A stretch of DNA of 61,588 nucleotides, the filler included, from Choristocarpus tenellus KU-1152 (Eukaryota > Protista > Phaeophyceae): NCBI GenBank assembly GCA_964200185.2. It is 10 parts of 10 records of this genome, joined end to end, with 100 filler letters (N's around TTAATTAATTAA, not from the genome) between each part and the next. Parts side by side here need not be neighbours in the genome. Positions count along the whole stretch, not along the records: positions 19,978 to 31,091 come from CAXNAD020002498.1; positions 31,192 to 36,168 come from CAXNAD020012297.1; positions 36,269 to 40,750 come from CAXNAD020014356.1; 7 more parts are not named here. The stretch is one strand, 5' to 3'. A model generated the notes under the pieces. It did no database searches. It saw nothing but the letters and a program-made list of their open reading frames with translations, and had not been told where the DNA came from. The translations under genes were made by a program, and so were the position numbers. Positions 23,203 through 36,346 of the stretch are shown piece by piece. The first letter of the stretch is position 1. Each line of letters opens with the position of its first letter.

Positions 23203-25935
23203 CTACGCTTTGAGTGGACGGATAGTTACTGTTGCAGCACCTCCCACCAATGTCTGACAGGATAGTCGGTGATTTTCAGGACGCCCCTGAGAACAAGATT
23301 TTCACAGGCAACAACGTACAGGATTGGAAGGGTTGGTGGGTGGATTAGTTTGCGAATAGGTAGTTATACAGGTCATTATCATGGTGGTTTCTACTTTGGG
23401 TGAGGAGGGCTTACCAGGGAATGAGGCAGCAACCAGCCACGGAAATAAACCCAACAACAAAAACATGGAAAGAGACACACGCAAGTCCATAAGCACACCG
23501 ACTAAACTTGAGTGCACTTGGGACTTATTCAGAAGAGATTTTTGGTCAGGAGAACAGAGTTCTATATCTCTACAATACGCATCAAATACTATGGTTGCTC
23601 ACATGCTGGATGCACCTCTTCTCAAATCCCACATTCATTCTACTCACACTACAGGTACACTATGATAGCATTGGTCCTTCAGTGCATCCTTCCAATATTT
23701 ATATCATTTGTGGCTGCATTGCGGGGAAAGTTTGGACTGGCAGGGGAACTACTCATTTACATTCATAGACACGGGCACAACACAAACACAAACACAAACA
23801 CACACACACACACACGTGAGCACGCACGCACACCTTGAGCTTGCCCTCTTCCCATTCGCTACGTTCCTCCCATCCATCTGCCTTGTCCAAGCTCACCACA
23901 CATGTACCACACTGCCCCCCTCCATTGCAGTTGGTCATCTGAAGCGGTTGAGTTAAACACAAGAGTCAAAATGTCAGTCTAGTACGGCGGAGCAAGGGGG
24001 GGGAGGGGGTTTAGGGCAAAGGAGAGCACTCAAAGGTTTTACAGTCTCTTGAGATGTATGTTGATATACCCCTCTTTTTTGCTCATCTCTTAATGAGCCA
24101 GCATCAAAATGCCCCCCCCTCTCTTCAATATATCTTCAAATTATAACAACCTCAGGAGTGAAGCCAATAGCAGAGCTCTAAGGCTGCCTGATCAGTGTTA
24201 GAGTGACAGTGATTGTAGGTTGACATAATGTTCAAAACCAGCTACTCCACTAAAATCCCAGGACTATTGGCTCCATATTTTGGACAAGATTTGGCGTGAA
24301 ACAGGGGTTGGACTGAGAAGTGAGTGTGCAGAAAGTGCTCTTCCTGTGCTACACTACAACTTGTGTGGACTGGTCAGCAAAACGTCTGACATGAAACAGC
24401 ACTCAATTTATGGTTCATAACCAATTCCTTGAAGGCAAAAGGTCGGTACCAGAGTCTGTAGCACATTGCTTCGGAGTTGATTCCTGAGAAACAAATTACA
24501 AGGATCAATCCACTACTATGATGCAAAGCCACATGTTGCCTATGCAAATACACTATTCCATATCAGGGCAGTTCAAGTAGAGCAAGGAAGTTCAACAATC
24601 TGAAGGGTGATCAAACCAAGGGGAATTGGAACATGTTCATGCACAGCGAACTAACAGATGGTAGAACAACTAGCAAAGAAAGATATATTTATTTCCGCTC
24701 TTGTCCACTAATCCTATCTGTCCGGCACAATATATAGTCTTCGAGGCTTTGGGCTGTGCCTGTGCTTGTACGATCACAATCTGGAAATGAACATGAGGGT
24801 CAAAAATAGAGGTAGAAAATCACACTACCGCTGATGCTTGTCTCCATATGATAAACCTTCTTTATGAGCCTCATCTTTGACCCTTCACAGGCCTCAATAA
24901 CTAGGGACAGAGGGTGACGGAACGCAGCATATCTCACAAGATCACAACACAGCAGCGGAACTTCAATGACATCATTTAATGCTGGAGTCATTTTTAAAGC
25001 GCACCTTTCCCACCATATCGTACACATCAATCTTGGCCGTCAGCAAGGCCTTTCTGAGGTTGTCACCAGTCCTTGCTGATATCACTGTCACCTTCCCTCC
25101 AGGTGACCGGATCTCCAGGTCACAAGGTACTGCAGGCGGCACACGAGCCACAGCTAGAGTTTTCTCTGGAGCTGAAAAGGCAAGATCTATAGGGGTCGTT
25201 TCGGGGGCGGCCAAGAGTGTCCCCATGATTGCGTCGAAGGACGAACCAGTAACATCATTGCCAAACACCTCAATCAAGCACATGCCTGGAACGATTTCCT
25301 TGGAGTTTGGAGGAGGAGTGGGCGGTCGGTTAGCAAACATACTTCTACAGCAAAGATGTACTCTTCTATAATAAATTCTCTGATGGACTGCATCCGAACC
25401 ATAGAGGCTTCTCACTTCATCATCGACCTGTACACATGCTTTCTCGTCGACTTGCGCACACTTCGACACGCACTACATCACTGTTACGTTGTAAGTCGTA
25501 CATCAAGATCAACTGCCGACGTGACCATAGTGAATATTTTTTCCATGAAGGCAAGAGGCCATCTGCTGCTGTCATAGCACTCATGCCATGGCACGTGCGA
25601 ACAAGTAAGTAACTTTGCCCTAGTACAAAACTCACCCCACAGACTTTGGCGCTCCCTCCGTCAACCAGACCTGCAACTTTCACCCCTGGCACGCCAGGCG
25701 AAATCTCTTCCAATGAAATTCCTAGTGGTTTTTTCAGGGAAACGCGCAACGGCGAAGTGCCCTCGTCCTCACTCGCCATTTGGAGGGTTTGACCTATCAC
25801 CTCCTGGCAGCGAGGATGGCCTAGTTTCTTCGGGGCCAGTCCAGCAGCATTTGGCCCGGGAATCAACCACGCACCAACTTGAAATACCGCCACAATCCCA
25901 ATGAGGGCTAGGCTTGGAGCATTAAGTAAGTGCAT
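23203..25935 (-). CDS. Plastid-targeted PDZ-like domain + [2Fe-2S] ferredoxin protein, 260 aa; exons 25935-25636, 25298-25005, 23938-23834, 23286-23203
   Basis: All introns GT-AG and phase 0; signal peptide ending VGA|WL (ASAFAP-like) plus transit region; PDZ-like VSLKKPLGISLEE...GLVDGGSAK...GNDVTGSSFDAIM; ferredoxin GDNLRKALL..VYD..GKMTNCNGGGQCGTC...RLSCQT; TAG stop. Confidence 0.92.
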
Positions 25936-27065
25936 GACCACAGAGTACAACACCAGCACCTAACTGTTGGATCAACATGTGTGACGTCTACCGTTCAATA
26001 TCAATCGAAGGCGGTATCAGTTTACTTTGAGTTTGAATATTTGTGTAGGAACTTAGAGGTAATCTTAGTTATATGTATCTCATCTTGCCACTCTGGGAGT
26101 AGACTGTTGTTGCGTGGCCCGGTAGTTACTAGTCGTGGAGAAGTCCTTCTGCCGTACTCAAGTCGTATTCGAAATTATCAAGACCAAAATCAACAAAGTC
26201 GCGACACAAGAGGCAGACATTGCTGGAAATAGAGAGAGATCGAGCGAATACCTCTGGCCAAAGGGAAAATGCCTACATCTAATGATTTCAATCTATCTAA
26301 CGGGAAAAAACAACCAGGTAAGACGAGGTTATTTAGATAATGCCAAAGATGAGTGTTGTTCCTAAGGGATATGGTTGAACAAGATCGTTCATGAGGGACT
26401 GATTGATCTACCCAATACTCAGTGGTCTTCTTGAGCTGGAGTGACTAGTAGTTGTGCTATTTAGCAGATTTCAGGCCTTGCCGATGGTATCTAGATCTTT
26501 TGGCAACGTCTCCTTTCTGATGATCTCCAGTCTCGATGCAAGCACCCAACTTCCATTACCTTTGAAACCAAGCAGTATGCAGGATCAAGCCCCCCTATTA
26601 GGGGGTTGGACCAGACGCATGCACATCGTTTTTGCAAGACGAAAACGTATAATGGCATTGCTTAGAGTATTTACTACACCATGAAGTCCTTCATAGAAAG
26701 TGAGCTTGGCAAAGCGCCCTGGCTTTTTCTCCCCTGGTTTTTCTTAGACAGAGCGCGAGTATTCGTTTTTCATTGTCCCGCGTTATGGATCCTTCCTCGC
26801 CTCTACGCTCCATCCTTACGCGAATACTATGTCCTGCCTCTCCGTGTTAATTGGCGGGTGTACGGTCATGCAATTCTTCGGAGGTATGACGTGGGCATTA
26901 CATTCACAATTGTAGCACTTCCACATATCGACTATTATCTGCAACTCCAAAACGGAAATCGAACTTGGTGAAAGAAGTCGCCCAGGTTATGGAAGCCTGA
27001 CAGGAAGCTTCTGTACATCCGTAAAACCCCCATATGCTTCGAAACACTGTGCACATGTTGCATCG

Positions 27066-29623
27066 ATGCCGTACAAAGGCGAGGATGCTGGGAAAAACAA
27101 GGTCAACAGCACCGGCCTCAGCGGCCCAATGATAGGCGTCATCATCCTGGCGGCGGTGGCGGGCAACATCTTCGCGGCCAAGCGTTTCAGGTAGCGCTAG
27201 ATACTTTGTCGTTATTCTGACGTAATTTTCTACTGCTCCACATCACTGCCCAGTGCTAGGAGTCACAAACTCTATTGTTTATTCATTTATGCTCTAGCTC
27301 TGCCTCCATTCATTCCGCGCCTCAAAATATAGAGCGTTTTTGTTATCTGAACGGAAATCTCATCGAACCTCCACATGGATCAATTACACCTTCTTATGGC
27401 ACTACTTCATGCACGTGTGTATGTATGTATACCATTCCCATCTGTTCACTCTTCCTTGACGCTGTCGCAGGTGCCTTCTTTTAAAGGATGTCAAGTAGGA
27501 TCTCTCTCACACATATTCTGAGAAATGTGCACTCGCGTATGTATATACACATATGTCCACCATCGACATGTGTATGTACGATTTTACTTCACTAATGCAT
27601 GCGTGCACTACACACACACCTACATACACACGTAGCTGTACACAAGCAAGTTTGTATCATTGGTAGTGCTGAACATGAACACATGGTGCACATGGGGGGA
27701 GGACAACATCAAAGGTGTCTCCTACTGAGTCATTTGAAGTGTTGAGGTGGTAAACCATGGTCTCAAGACGTATACACCAAGTCAATCCGGTCCTTCACGC
27801 CATACCTGCAGTTCTCCACCGCCACTGGTATAAACACATCAGCATTCTAAACAAAGTTTGAGTTTAGTCCACAGTCCGGCATGAGTACCAATGAAACAGT
27901 TGACGGTGTGTGTGACGTTCCTGGTACCTTTCGAGGTAAATGCGTATGTGTCACCACTCCACCGACTTCCAATCTCTTACTCGGCAGAATTACAGAACTT
28001 AAAGATTTGTCCACCCTGAACTTACAGATTAGTCCACCTCCGATCGGTCTTACACATATCTGTGCTCCAACACCACCATTGCTCAGGTCCCGAGTCCCGC
28101 CATTGAAGTTTTCAGCTCTAGCGTTCAGATTTATGATAGGACGTTCTTTATTTGGAAGGCAGGTGATGAGAGAGGGATGCAATGGTCGTCGTTGTTTCAG
28201 AGTGAGACCCTCTTAACATCTCGGGCCATCTACTTCGGCCCTTTCGAGCTTCGGGGGCCTTCTTGTTTGAATGTTGCGCAGCTTTCGCCATTCCAACGCC
28301 CGATACAAAATGATCCTCGCTCAGGACGGCGTGACTGTAGAAGAGAAGAAAATTCCCCGCGGCCAAACACATGGTTATTTGTGGAAGAAAGTCCCCTCCC
28401 CCAACAACAGTGCTCGAAAAAATGAGCACCCCGCAAGGGGGGGATCGTAAGGGCCCTTGAGACTCGACGGCTTCTCCCCTCTTCAGTGGTATTTATTGCC
28501 CTGGGCATTAGCTAAGGAGACGCCTTGTAACTGCTACTATTATTACAGTAATTATTGGCACGGATTTACCGTCCAGCATCGGCTCGGACTGTCGGCGGGG
28601 GCAAAGCTGTAAGGGGCACACTATGACACATTTCCTGGAGCCTTGCAGCGGGGGTGGTGTAGGGTATAATATAGGTGTAGTAGATATGAATCAAGCCAGA
28701 TGTTGCTGAGATTTTAGAACCCCACTGAAGATCTGATACCGTCTTGCGAGTCTCTAACCCTAACCCTTCCACCAAGCCGTTCGAGCTGATGCTGAATGGA
28801 GGCAGTGCGTACCAGGCAGCCCGACCTCCGGGGGACCGACAGCTTACATCGGACCTGGTACTGCAGTACTGTTTGCGTGACCTGGGACTTGGACTTGGAC
28901 TTGGACTTGAACTCAAACCTTACGCGCTTGAACACAGCCGGACCTGGACTCTTTTCGAAGCGAGCGAATCGATGTCCTGCTGTAGAGATGCGTGCAGAAC
29001 TATTTTTTTATTTTATTTTTTATTGAAGAAACAGAGTTACGTTCAAAAAAAAAATGTCGAGGAAAAAGTTTTTTTTTTGTTCTACGCGAGAGGGATTAAT
29101 TTTCGGAGTATATTGCGTGTACTAGCTAGCAAGGGTTTATTATTTTTACAACCGGCAAGAAAAAGAAAAGAAGTGTTTTTTTTTTTTAGTCTAGAAGGTT
29201 TTTGAATGGCATACTTTGGAATCGTATCCTGGTACGTGGTAAAACAAGTTATTCAAGTAGGGTCCAGAATAGCATGGACCAGGTACGTTGATGAACAATT
29301 GGAGATTGGTGACGACCCATGTAAAGGGGGATCATTGGGTTGGTATGACAGTATGAGATCACTGATGATATACCCTAAATCTGTCACATAGTACCACTAT
29401 TGTTGTTTTTTAACCACCGCCAAAAACCCTAGCTCTGTGCGCTTACCTGATACTATACTGGCAGTCTGAACAGGTGCCCTCAAACTAGGACCTAGCACCC
29501 TGGTCTCGGACCTGGACCGGAAAGTGGTACCACGTTTGTAGGGGGGGGGGGGGGTTATTGCGATTTTAAGCAAGAGGAATCAAAATTGGAATAAGAGTCT
29601 TTTTTTTAAATATCATCAAAACA

Positions 29624-29659
<36 letters not shown>

Positions 29660-29823
29660 AAAAAAAATAAGAAGACTAACTGAGCACCCAAAAATAGGGC
29701 ATCAATGGCGGAGCAAGTAGCTCGACACTCTGCCCGGACCGAGGCGGAGGAAGCCTCAAGGGTTGCAAGGGAGAGGTCCAGAAGAATGGGTGAGGAAGCA
29801 TGGGCACGGCACAGAGATGCAAG
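27066..29823 (+). CDS. 5' exons of an unknown single-pass membrane protein (27066-27190, 29698-29823); gene continues off contig
   Basis: MPYKGEDAGKNKVNSTGLSGPMIGVIILAAVAGNIFAAKRF-R | ASMAEQVARHSARTEAEEASRVARERSRRMGEEAWARHRDA; matching phase 2, GT/AG sites, branch point ACTAAC at ~29675. Confidence 0.6.
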
Positions 29824-32800
29824 GTGGGCAAAGGGCGCATGCACATTAATGGGGGAGGGGGGAGGAAAGTAAGTTTTGAGGATTAAGTGTACTTCAAAGC
29901 ACTGAACAGAACCGCTCGCATGAGAGCTCTTTCTGCGTCCAGTGAGCACGTGACATTTTGATTTGTTGTGCACCTTGAAGAGGCCTTTTTTGTTCTTGTT
30001 TTTGTTTTTGTTTTTTATATTCCCTTGTTCCTCTCATCTCAAGCCCGTTGATTCTTCATTCCGAGCACAACTGACGTACTGTCTCCGGAAGAAACATCAC
30101 CCCTTTTGTCTTTGAAGCAGCGCTTGCATGGGATTGATAAACTAGACCTTGTGGTACTGATCCTCCAGTGGTACTGCTTCTACAGTGGTACCGGTTCTAA
30201 AGCCCTTGTGGTACTACAGTGGCATTCTGTATGGCACTGCTTTTTTTTATTATTTTCTACTCCGTCACTAAATTGACAGTGCTCTGGAGTGCTAGTACTT
30301 GATACAGAATATTTGTGTCGCCATCAAAAAGACCTCTCACCCCCTCCCCCTCCCCCCCACCTGCCATCTCCTCCCCTCAACCGCTTTGCATTACCCCTTG
30401 CTCGACTGCCGGCTGTGACTGCTGTGCCTGCTCTGACTGCTGTGCCTGCTTGCCCCCTGGTGCCCGGTGGCTTGGGAATGACAGTGGTCAACAAAAACAC
30501 AGCAATGACTTCCAAGAAAATCTTCACCGGATGCGATCAGGTTTTCCGGGGCAAGGGGGAGGGGGAGGGGGAGGGGGGGCATGGACTTTTAACTCTAGGG
30601 AGCCTAGCTTTGAGAAGAGGAGGGTGAATGCTGAGGTAGGCATGGGGTTTCCTTTTTTTTTTTATAGTCGTTTTTTATGGTTATGTGTTGGATGTTTTTT
30701 TTTGTGGGTTTGGTTATTGTTATTTCTTGACTGTATGAATATGTATGTGAGTGTGTGTGTGAGTGTGTGTGTCTGTGTGTCTGTGTCTGTGTCTGTGTCT
30801 GTGTGCTTTTTTCTCAGGAAGGAGAGCATGCCCTGTGTGGGGATTGGTTTCATGTTGTAGCCAGGTGTCTTGATACCGATTCTCGCTTTAAATGTGGGTT
30901 AGAATTTGAAAATTTTCCGGTGTATGACTAATCGTACTTTTGGTGCCCTCTGTCACAACTGCGATGCTGCAGGGAGAATTTTGTTTGTTTTTTTAGGGGT
31001 TTTTAGGGTTTTTTTTTTTTTACGAACAGTACCGCGTGGGGAAGGAAAGAAAGTGGGTGTCAGGCCATGAATACATAGGTTCCATCCATTTNNNNNNNNN
31101 NNNNNNNNNNNNNNNNNNNNNNNNNNNNNNNNNNNTTAATTAATTAANNNNNNNNNNNNNNNNNNNNNNNNNNNNNNNNNNNNNNNNNNNNCCATACCAG
31201 CAACGCACTGTACTGCTGTGTGGTCATGACCCAGGAAGAAAGGCACTTTTCGCGAGAAATATTTACGCACGCGCCAAACTCGCGTGAATATCTCTGGTAT
31301 TTTGTGTCAAATCGCCCGAATACAAAAGCCTATTTTTTTTAGCATGTCGAAAAAAGCGGTACAAAATGGGTTTGATACATAATATTGGTATAAAATCGGT
31401 GTATGTACTGTATGTCGAAAAAAGCGGTACAAAATGGGGCTGGTATAAAATATTGGTATAAAATAGGTGGAGGTACTGTAATCAACACCAGTTTCGCATG
31501 GAATGAAGTCTGACATCCAGAATTGTTCGAAACTGAGACATTAATGTAGAGAACAGAAAAAAATAGTGTGTAGGACACTCTGTGTTTATTTGTGGTTATT
31601 TTGACAAATATTATTATCGTTATAGTCATGACTCTGCTATTTTTATATTTGTGTTAGTCTAAAGGTCCTAGAGATCTGTGGTAAAAGGTAACCAGGAGTA
31701 AGTATGTCTGGTGACAGTGTGGTGGTCAAGATTCTTGTCTAGGTGCCAAACATCAAACATTCCTCGCATTGCACATCCGCATTTCGTCAATAATGGGGTT
31801 GTTTTGAATCTTCATATCAAACTCGAGAAACACCCTAAAGAAAGATGTTGAGTGCATAGGTGATGTTGTATATAATGTAGAATAGTCACTCATACGAACC
31901 AAACACCCTTTGCAAAGCATCTTGCTTTCTGCATGAAATGCATCATAGTCTCCAACAGCAAAATTACCGGTTGTGTACATATTCTAGCGTCAGGTCTAAC
32001 AGCTTTAGACACGAAGTGTGCAATCCCTTGCCTACTATCAACTGCAAGGAAATGACAGCATGAAGTGAAACGTATATGATGATTTTGCTGAGAGGGACAA
32101 AAATAGAAATAGCTTAGACACAAATTGTCCCCTTTTTCCGTTTTCCGTTTGCAGATCATGGCTGTATGGATAGACAGTAGTATATACTCAGATTACTTCA
32201 TACCTCGAAGTATATGCTAAATTAATTCATTAACAATTCCCGAGGTACAATGTCGAAGATAAAATAAAGGAAAGGTACACAGGTTTTGACATTATTGCAT
32301 TTAAAGTCAGTTCTTCGGTTTTTTGCAATTCACCAATAATACTTCCGTGGATGAAGTGTTAAGTTTGACTTGAGAGCGTTGATTCTCTATCATACTGTTT
32401 GAAAAAAATTATACCGAGTTCAGAAAATTTTCTACATGCATCTCTAAAAAGTAAAATTTCGCACATATTTGTCAGCATCCTTTAAATGCAACTCTGGGTA
32501 CCTCTCGGTTACTTTGGAGGTGAATGGGTCTATATTACGTGCTATGACGTGACTTGTCGGTGTGTCAAATGTATTTAACCGAGCTGACTATAGTGTAAGT
32601 CGTCTAACATATCGACTGGCATGGTACAATTTGAATTATACAGCAACATATTTTTTAAATTATATATTAATATATAACCTCTCACATTTACAGAAACATG
32701 ATGGTGAACTATGCTTCAAAATAGTTGGAGGCCCCCTTCTGATGGGGTACAAATGAGTTTGAGCATGGCCGAGTCTATGGCCAGCAACTCCTTCAACATG

Positions 32801-33467
32801 ACCAGGCCATGGACTGGCCAACACCCATGGTCTGGACGGAGGACATGTCAACTAATATTTTCGACTTGGTATGTTTAGGTTATGCTATTAATATGCAACA
32901 AGAAACATATTGGACAAAGAATACAACACGACGATAATAGAATAATCATCGCTTACAGTAACTTCAAGTGATTTTGATCCACAACTCTAGAAGTTCGGGC
33001 TTTTTACTGGACCAGATAAGCGAAGGGACAAGCCAGTGGGAACTATTTTTTAAAAGGACCGGTCAAGGAGCACCAGAGTACAACCTAACCAGATCACGGA
33101 CCAGGCGTGGTTAAATACTTCTTCAAGAGGTAAATCTTGAGCTATCGAGAATGTAAACCAGACCAGGCCTAGGGTTAGGCCTGGTGAAATATGACTTAGC
33201 AGGGCTGGACTGGGACCATCCAGATTGTAACCGGATCGGCATGCATTCCCTCATCACTCATAAATGTTCATAGGATTTTTTTGTTGTTGCTGAAATTATG
33301 CTTCGACCAGACTTTCCAGTTTGTAGGAGGACTAAGTGGTTCCAGGGAGTCGAAATAAGGAGAATATACACCCACTCCCTGAAGATGCTACCATTTTGGG
33401 AAAAGGAATTTTCTAACTGAATTTTATGGGATACATACTTGGTTCGCTGTGCTTGTCCGCCGTCATA

Positions 33468-33647
33468 GACCCAAAGTATCTGGGAGGGCGGGGGCGGTCT
33501 ACACCAGGGTGTCCATTTGGGTCAAAACCAGGAAAATTGCACTTTATATTATCCATCCGACGTCTGTAACCAAATCGCACAAAAATTGGAACATAAAAAA
33601 ATTGACCCCAAATGGACAGCCGCCACCCCCCCCAGATACTTTGAGCC
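33468..33647 (+). mobile_element. MITE family B, complete, 3-bp TSD ATA
   Basis: TIRs GACCCAAAGTATCTGGG / CCCAGATACTTTGAGCC; ATA at 33465-33467 and 33648-33650. Confidence 0.92.
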
Positions 33648-35736
33648 ATATGTAGTGCGCGTGGAACCTTTTTTCTTGTAAGGATTAATACTATTATACT
33701 CCCGGTATAATAGTTCTGTGCAATCTATGAAGTATGGAAACACTTCTTCCTTTCGCACTGTAGCCACCAGTCTTGGTGGTAGAACTTGATTACCTGCTGT
33801 AGTCCTACACTGTTTTCCTACGCCTTTCTAGGGCATTAGGGTTTAGATCTTATATACTGCTCACAATTCTACATACATCTGTAAAGTGTTATTAGAATAC
33901 TATGCCAACACTGGTTGTGTCACCCACACTCCTCGACCTCCTTTGCCTGCTAGCAGGCGGGACATCCTCGTGATTGTATGCTGCCCCCAGTGTCCCATCC
34001 CCGTCCCATTACCAGTGGTTGCTTTTGCTAAAACACCTCAGGACTAGTGGGTCCACCGTGAACCATCCCCAGACATGGAACATATGAGGTAATTCTATGC
34101 AAACACTGACTGCCCACAAGTGGTGCAGATGGGATACTGGAACAGCAGATTGGTTGAGAGTGATGTGACCGCTCACTCTCTGACTCTCCGTGGAAAAATA
34201 GGACAATTGTAACGTGTACCCTGCATTGTGTGCGTGAGATTATGGCATTGTGGTGAGTCCATGTGATGTAACTAATGAGATAGTACATGTATGGGGTTTG
34301 GTATTGCAATTAAGCTTCTCTGACATAACCGTTGGCTTACATCTTCGAGGCACAAATAATAATGATAAAACAATATGAAGACACTTTACAAGGTCATTCT
34401 TCTTTTCATCCATGTGGTTATATTCAGCAATGGGGAATCGTGTGAGGCTCCCATCTCTTTCTTCTCTCTTCTTCCATATTAACACAAACAGCAGTCCAAA
34501 TCTACACACTCTCTTCACCCTAATGTGAACCTCATTGTTGTTGAGCTTGGAGCTTATGAACAAGGAGACACTACACTCTCCACTGACTTGTTTCTGCCCC
34601 TTTCACACACTACTTTGGCACGAATCCACAAGACCGCGTAAAATCCATAGCAATTAAGCTACCTGATGCCTTCAACAGCCCGCAGTGGGGAGAGAGAGAA
34701 CTTGTCGTGATGCAGACTTTGAAGAGTAGCGTGACGTTATTGCACAATCTCAAAAATGACAAACCAGGTGCGATAAAAACAATAGTGAATCTTTCAACAC
34801 ATCATTCCAATCTACCGATCAATAGTGTCACATCTTGCCCTACGTGAGCACCACAACAAACATTTCCAAAAGCAAGCCGACAATCGATTCATGCCAAAAT
34901 AAATGCTGCTTGATGCGCGTTTTCATATCCTTTTCTTTGATCACCTGTGCCAACAGATGGCAGTCGAGAATAATGGAGGTGGAAGTCGGGGTGTCACTGA
35001 AAGATGTGTGAGAGCACTGTAAGATTATAGAGTATGACAGACTCTGAGCTGCCGCTCCCTTCATGGTAACAAAGGGGATCCACTGGTTGAGCATGGATGG
35101 GCAGGGGATACTTCACTGCAGCTGCACCTATGTTCTCAACGGAGTACTGGAATCCAGGGCAGGGTATCAATGCCTTGGGCACACCCATCCCCTCCCTATT
35201 TGACTAAATTGTATCCTCAAATGTGGATGCTATGGTCAAGCTCATCCTCGAACTCCTCTGCCTCTGACGCTTGGACATCCACACTCGGGAGTGCAGATGA
35301 AGTACTTTGCGTAGGCAGTGGAGTTGATACGGAGGGGCCTTGGGGTGTGAGTGAAGAATGACCGAATACCCACCATGTGTGATACCTATCTCTCCCTCTC
35401 GTGGGGAACAAATGTTCAGTTGGCAGCAGTGAGGGTTGCGGATATATATATATATTAGAAATTCTGCAGCAAGGACTAGTTACCAGGCCTAACTCTATCT
35501 CGACCTTAATTGACTGAAAGACTGCGACTAGCTGTACCATTTTTAGCTTTTCCCTAGGTCGTGTGTTGTATCTCACTGTGTGCTTGGCCATTTGCACAGT
35601 GTTGTTCAGTATGGTTTGGAGTGAAGCCTTCACTTGAACATTTTTTTTGCCCATACTTGCAAACCTAGAATAGTGATGCGCCTTCTGATATTCTTTTCAC
35701 CAAGCCAATTCCATGTAGGGACTGTACTGGAGCTTC

Positions 35737-35888
35737 GAGCCAAAGTATCTGGGGGGGGGTGGCAGCTGTCCATTTGGGTCAATTTTTTCATGTCGCGATT
35801 TTTGGGTGATTTGGTTCCATACGTTGGATGGACAGATGGACACACTGGTGTATACCCCTCCCCCCCTCTCCGGCAGATACTTTGGGTT
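35737..35888 (-). mobile_element. MITE family B, internally shortened, TSD TTC
   Basis: GAGCCAAAGTATCTGGG...CAGATACTTTGGGTT; TTC at 35734-35736 and 35889-35891. Confidence 0.88.
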
Positions 35889-36268
35889 TTCCTGGATGCA
35901 CTGTTGTGATCAACTCGTCGGCATGTATGTGCGACATCCACCATATCCTATCCCTCATTTGTGCCCTCTGTGGAAATATCCAGATCAAGTGTGTGAAGGA
36001 TCAACCTTGGGTTTCAGCCAATTATAAAAGGAAAAAACGTCGTGCTACTATGGAGCACGGTATCGCGAATCACTTGAAGATACCCCCCATCCCCCCCCCC
36101 CGACACCTCCTGAGGTCCAAAAAGGTACATACGAACCACAATTGAAAGACTTTTCAATTTTCAATTTTNNNNNNNNNNNNNNNNNNNNNNNNNNNNNNNN
36201 NNNNNNNNNNNNTTAATTAATTAANNNNNNNNNNNNNNNNNNNNNNNNNNNNNNNNNNNNNNNNNNNN

Positions 36269-36346
36269 CAAAATTACATCAAAATCACAACATTGTATTT
36301 TGATCCCCAAATGGACGCGGCTCTACCCTCTAAGATACTTTGGGTC
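36269..36346 (-). mobile_element. MITE family C, partial at contig start
   Basis: ...CTCTACCCTCTAAGATACTTTGGGTC. Confidence 0.85.

Noticed and set aside
27847-28216. Overlapping 111-aa ORFs on both strands
   Set aside because: No recognisable domain or convincing splice structure; the region lies in a presumed intron.
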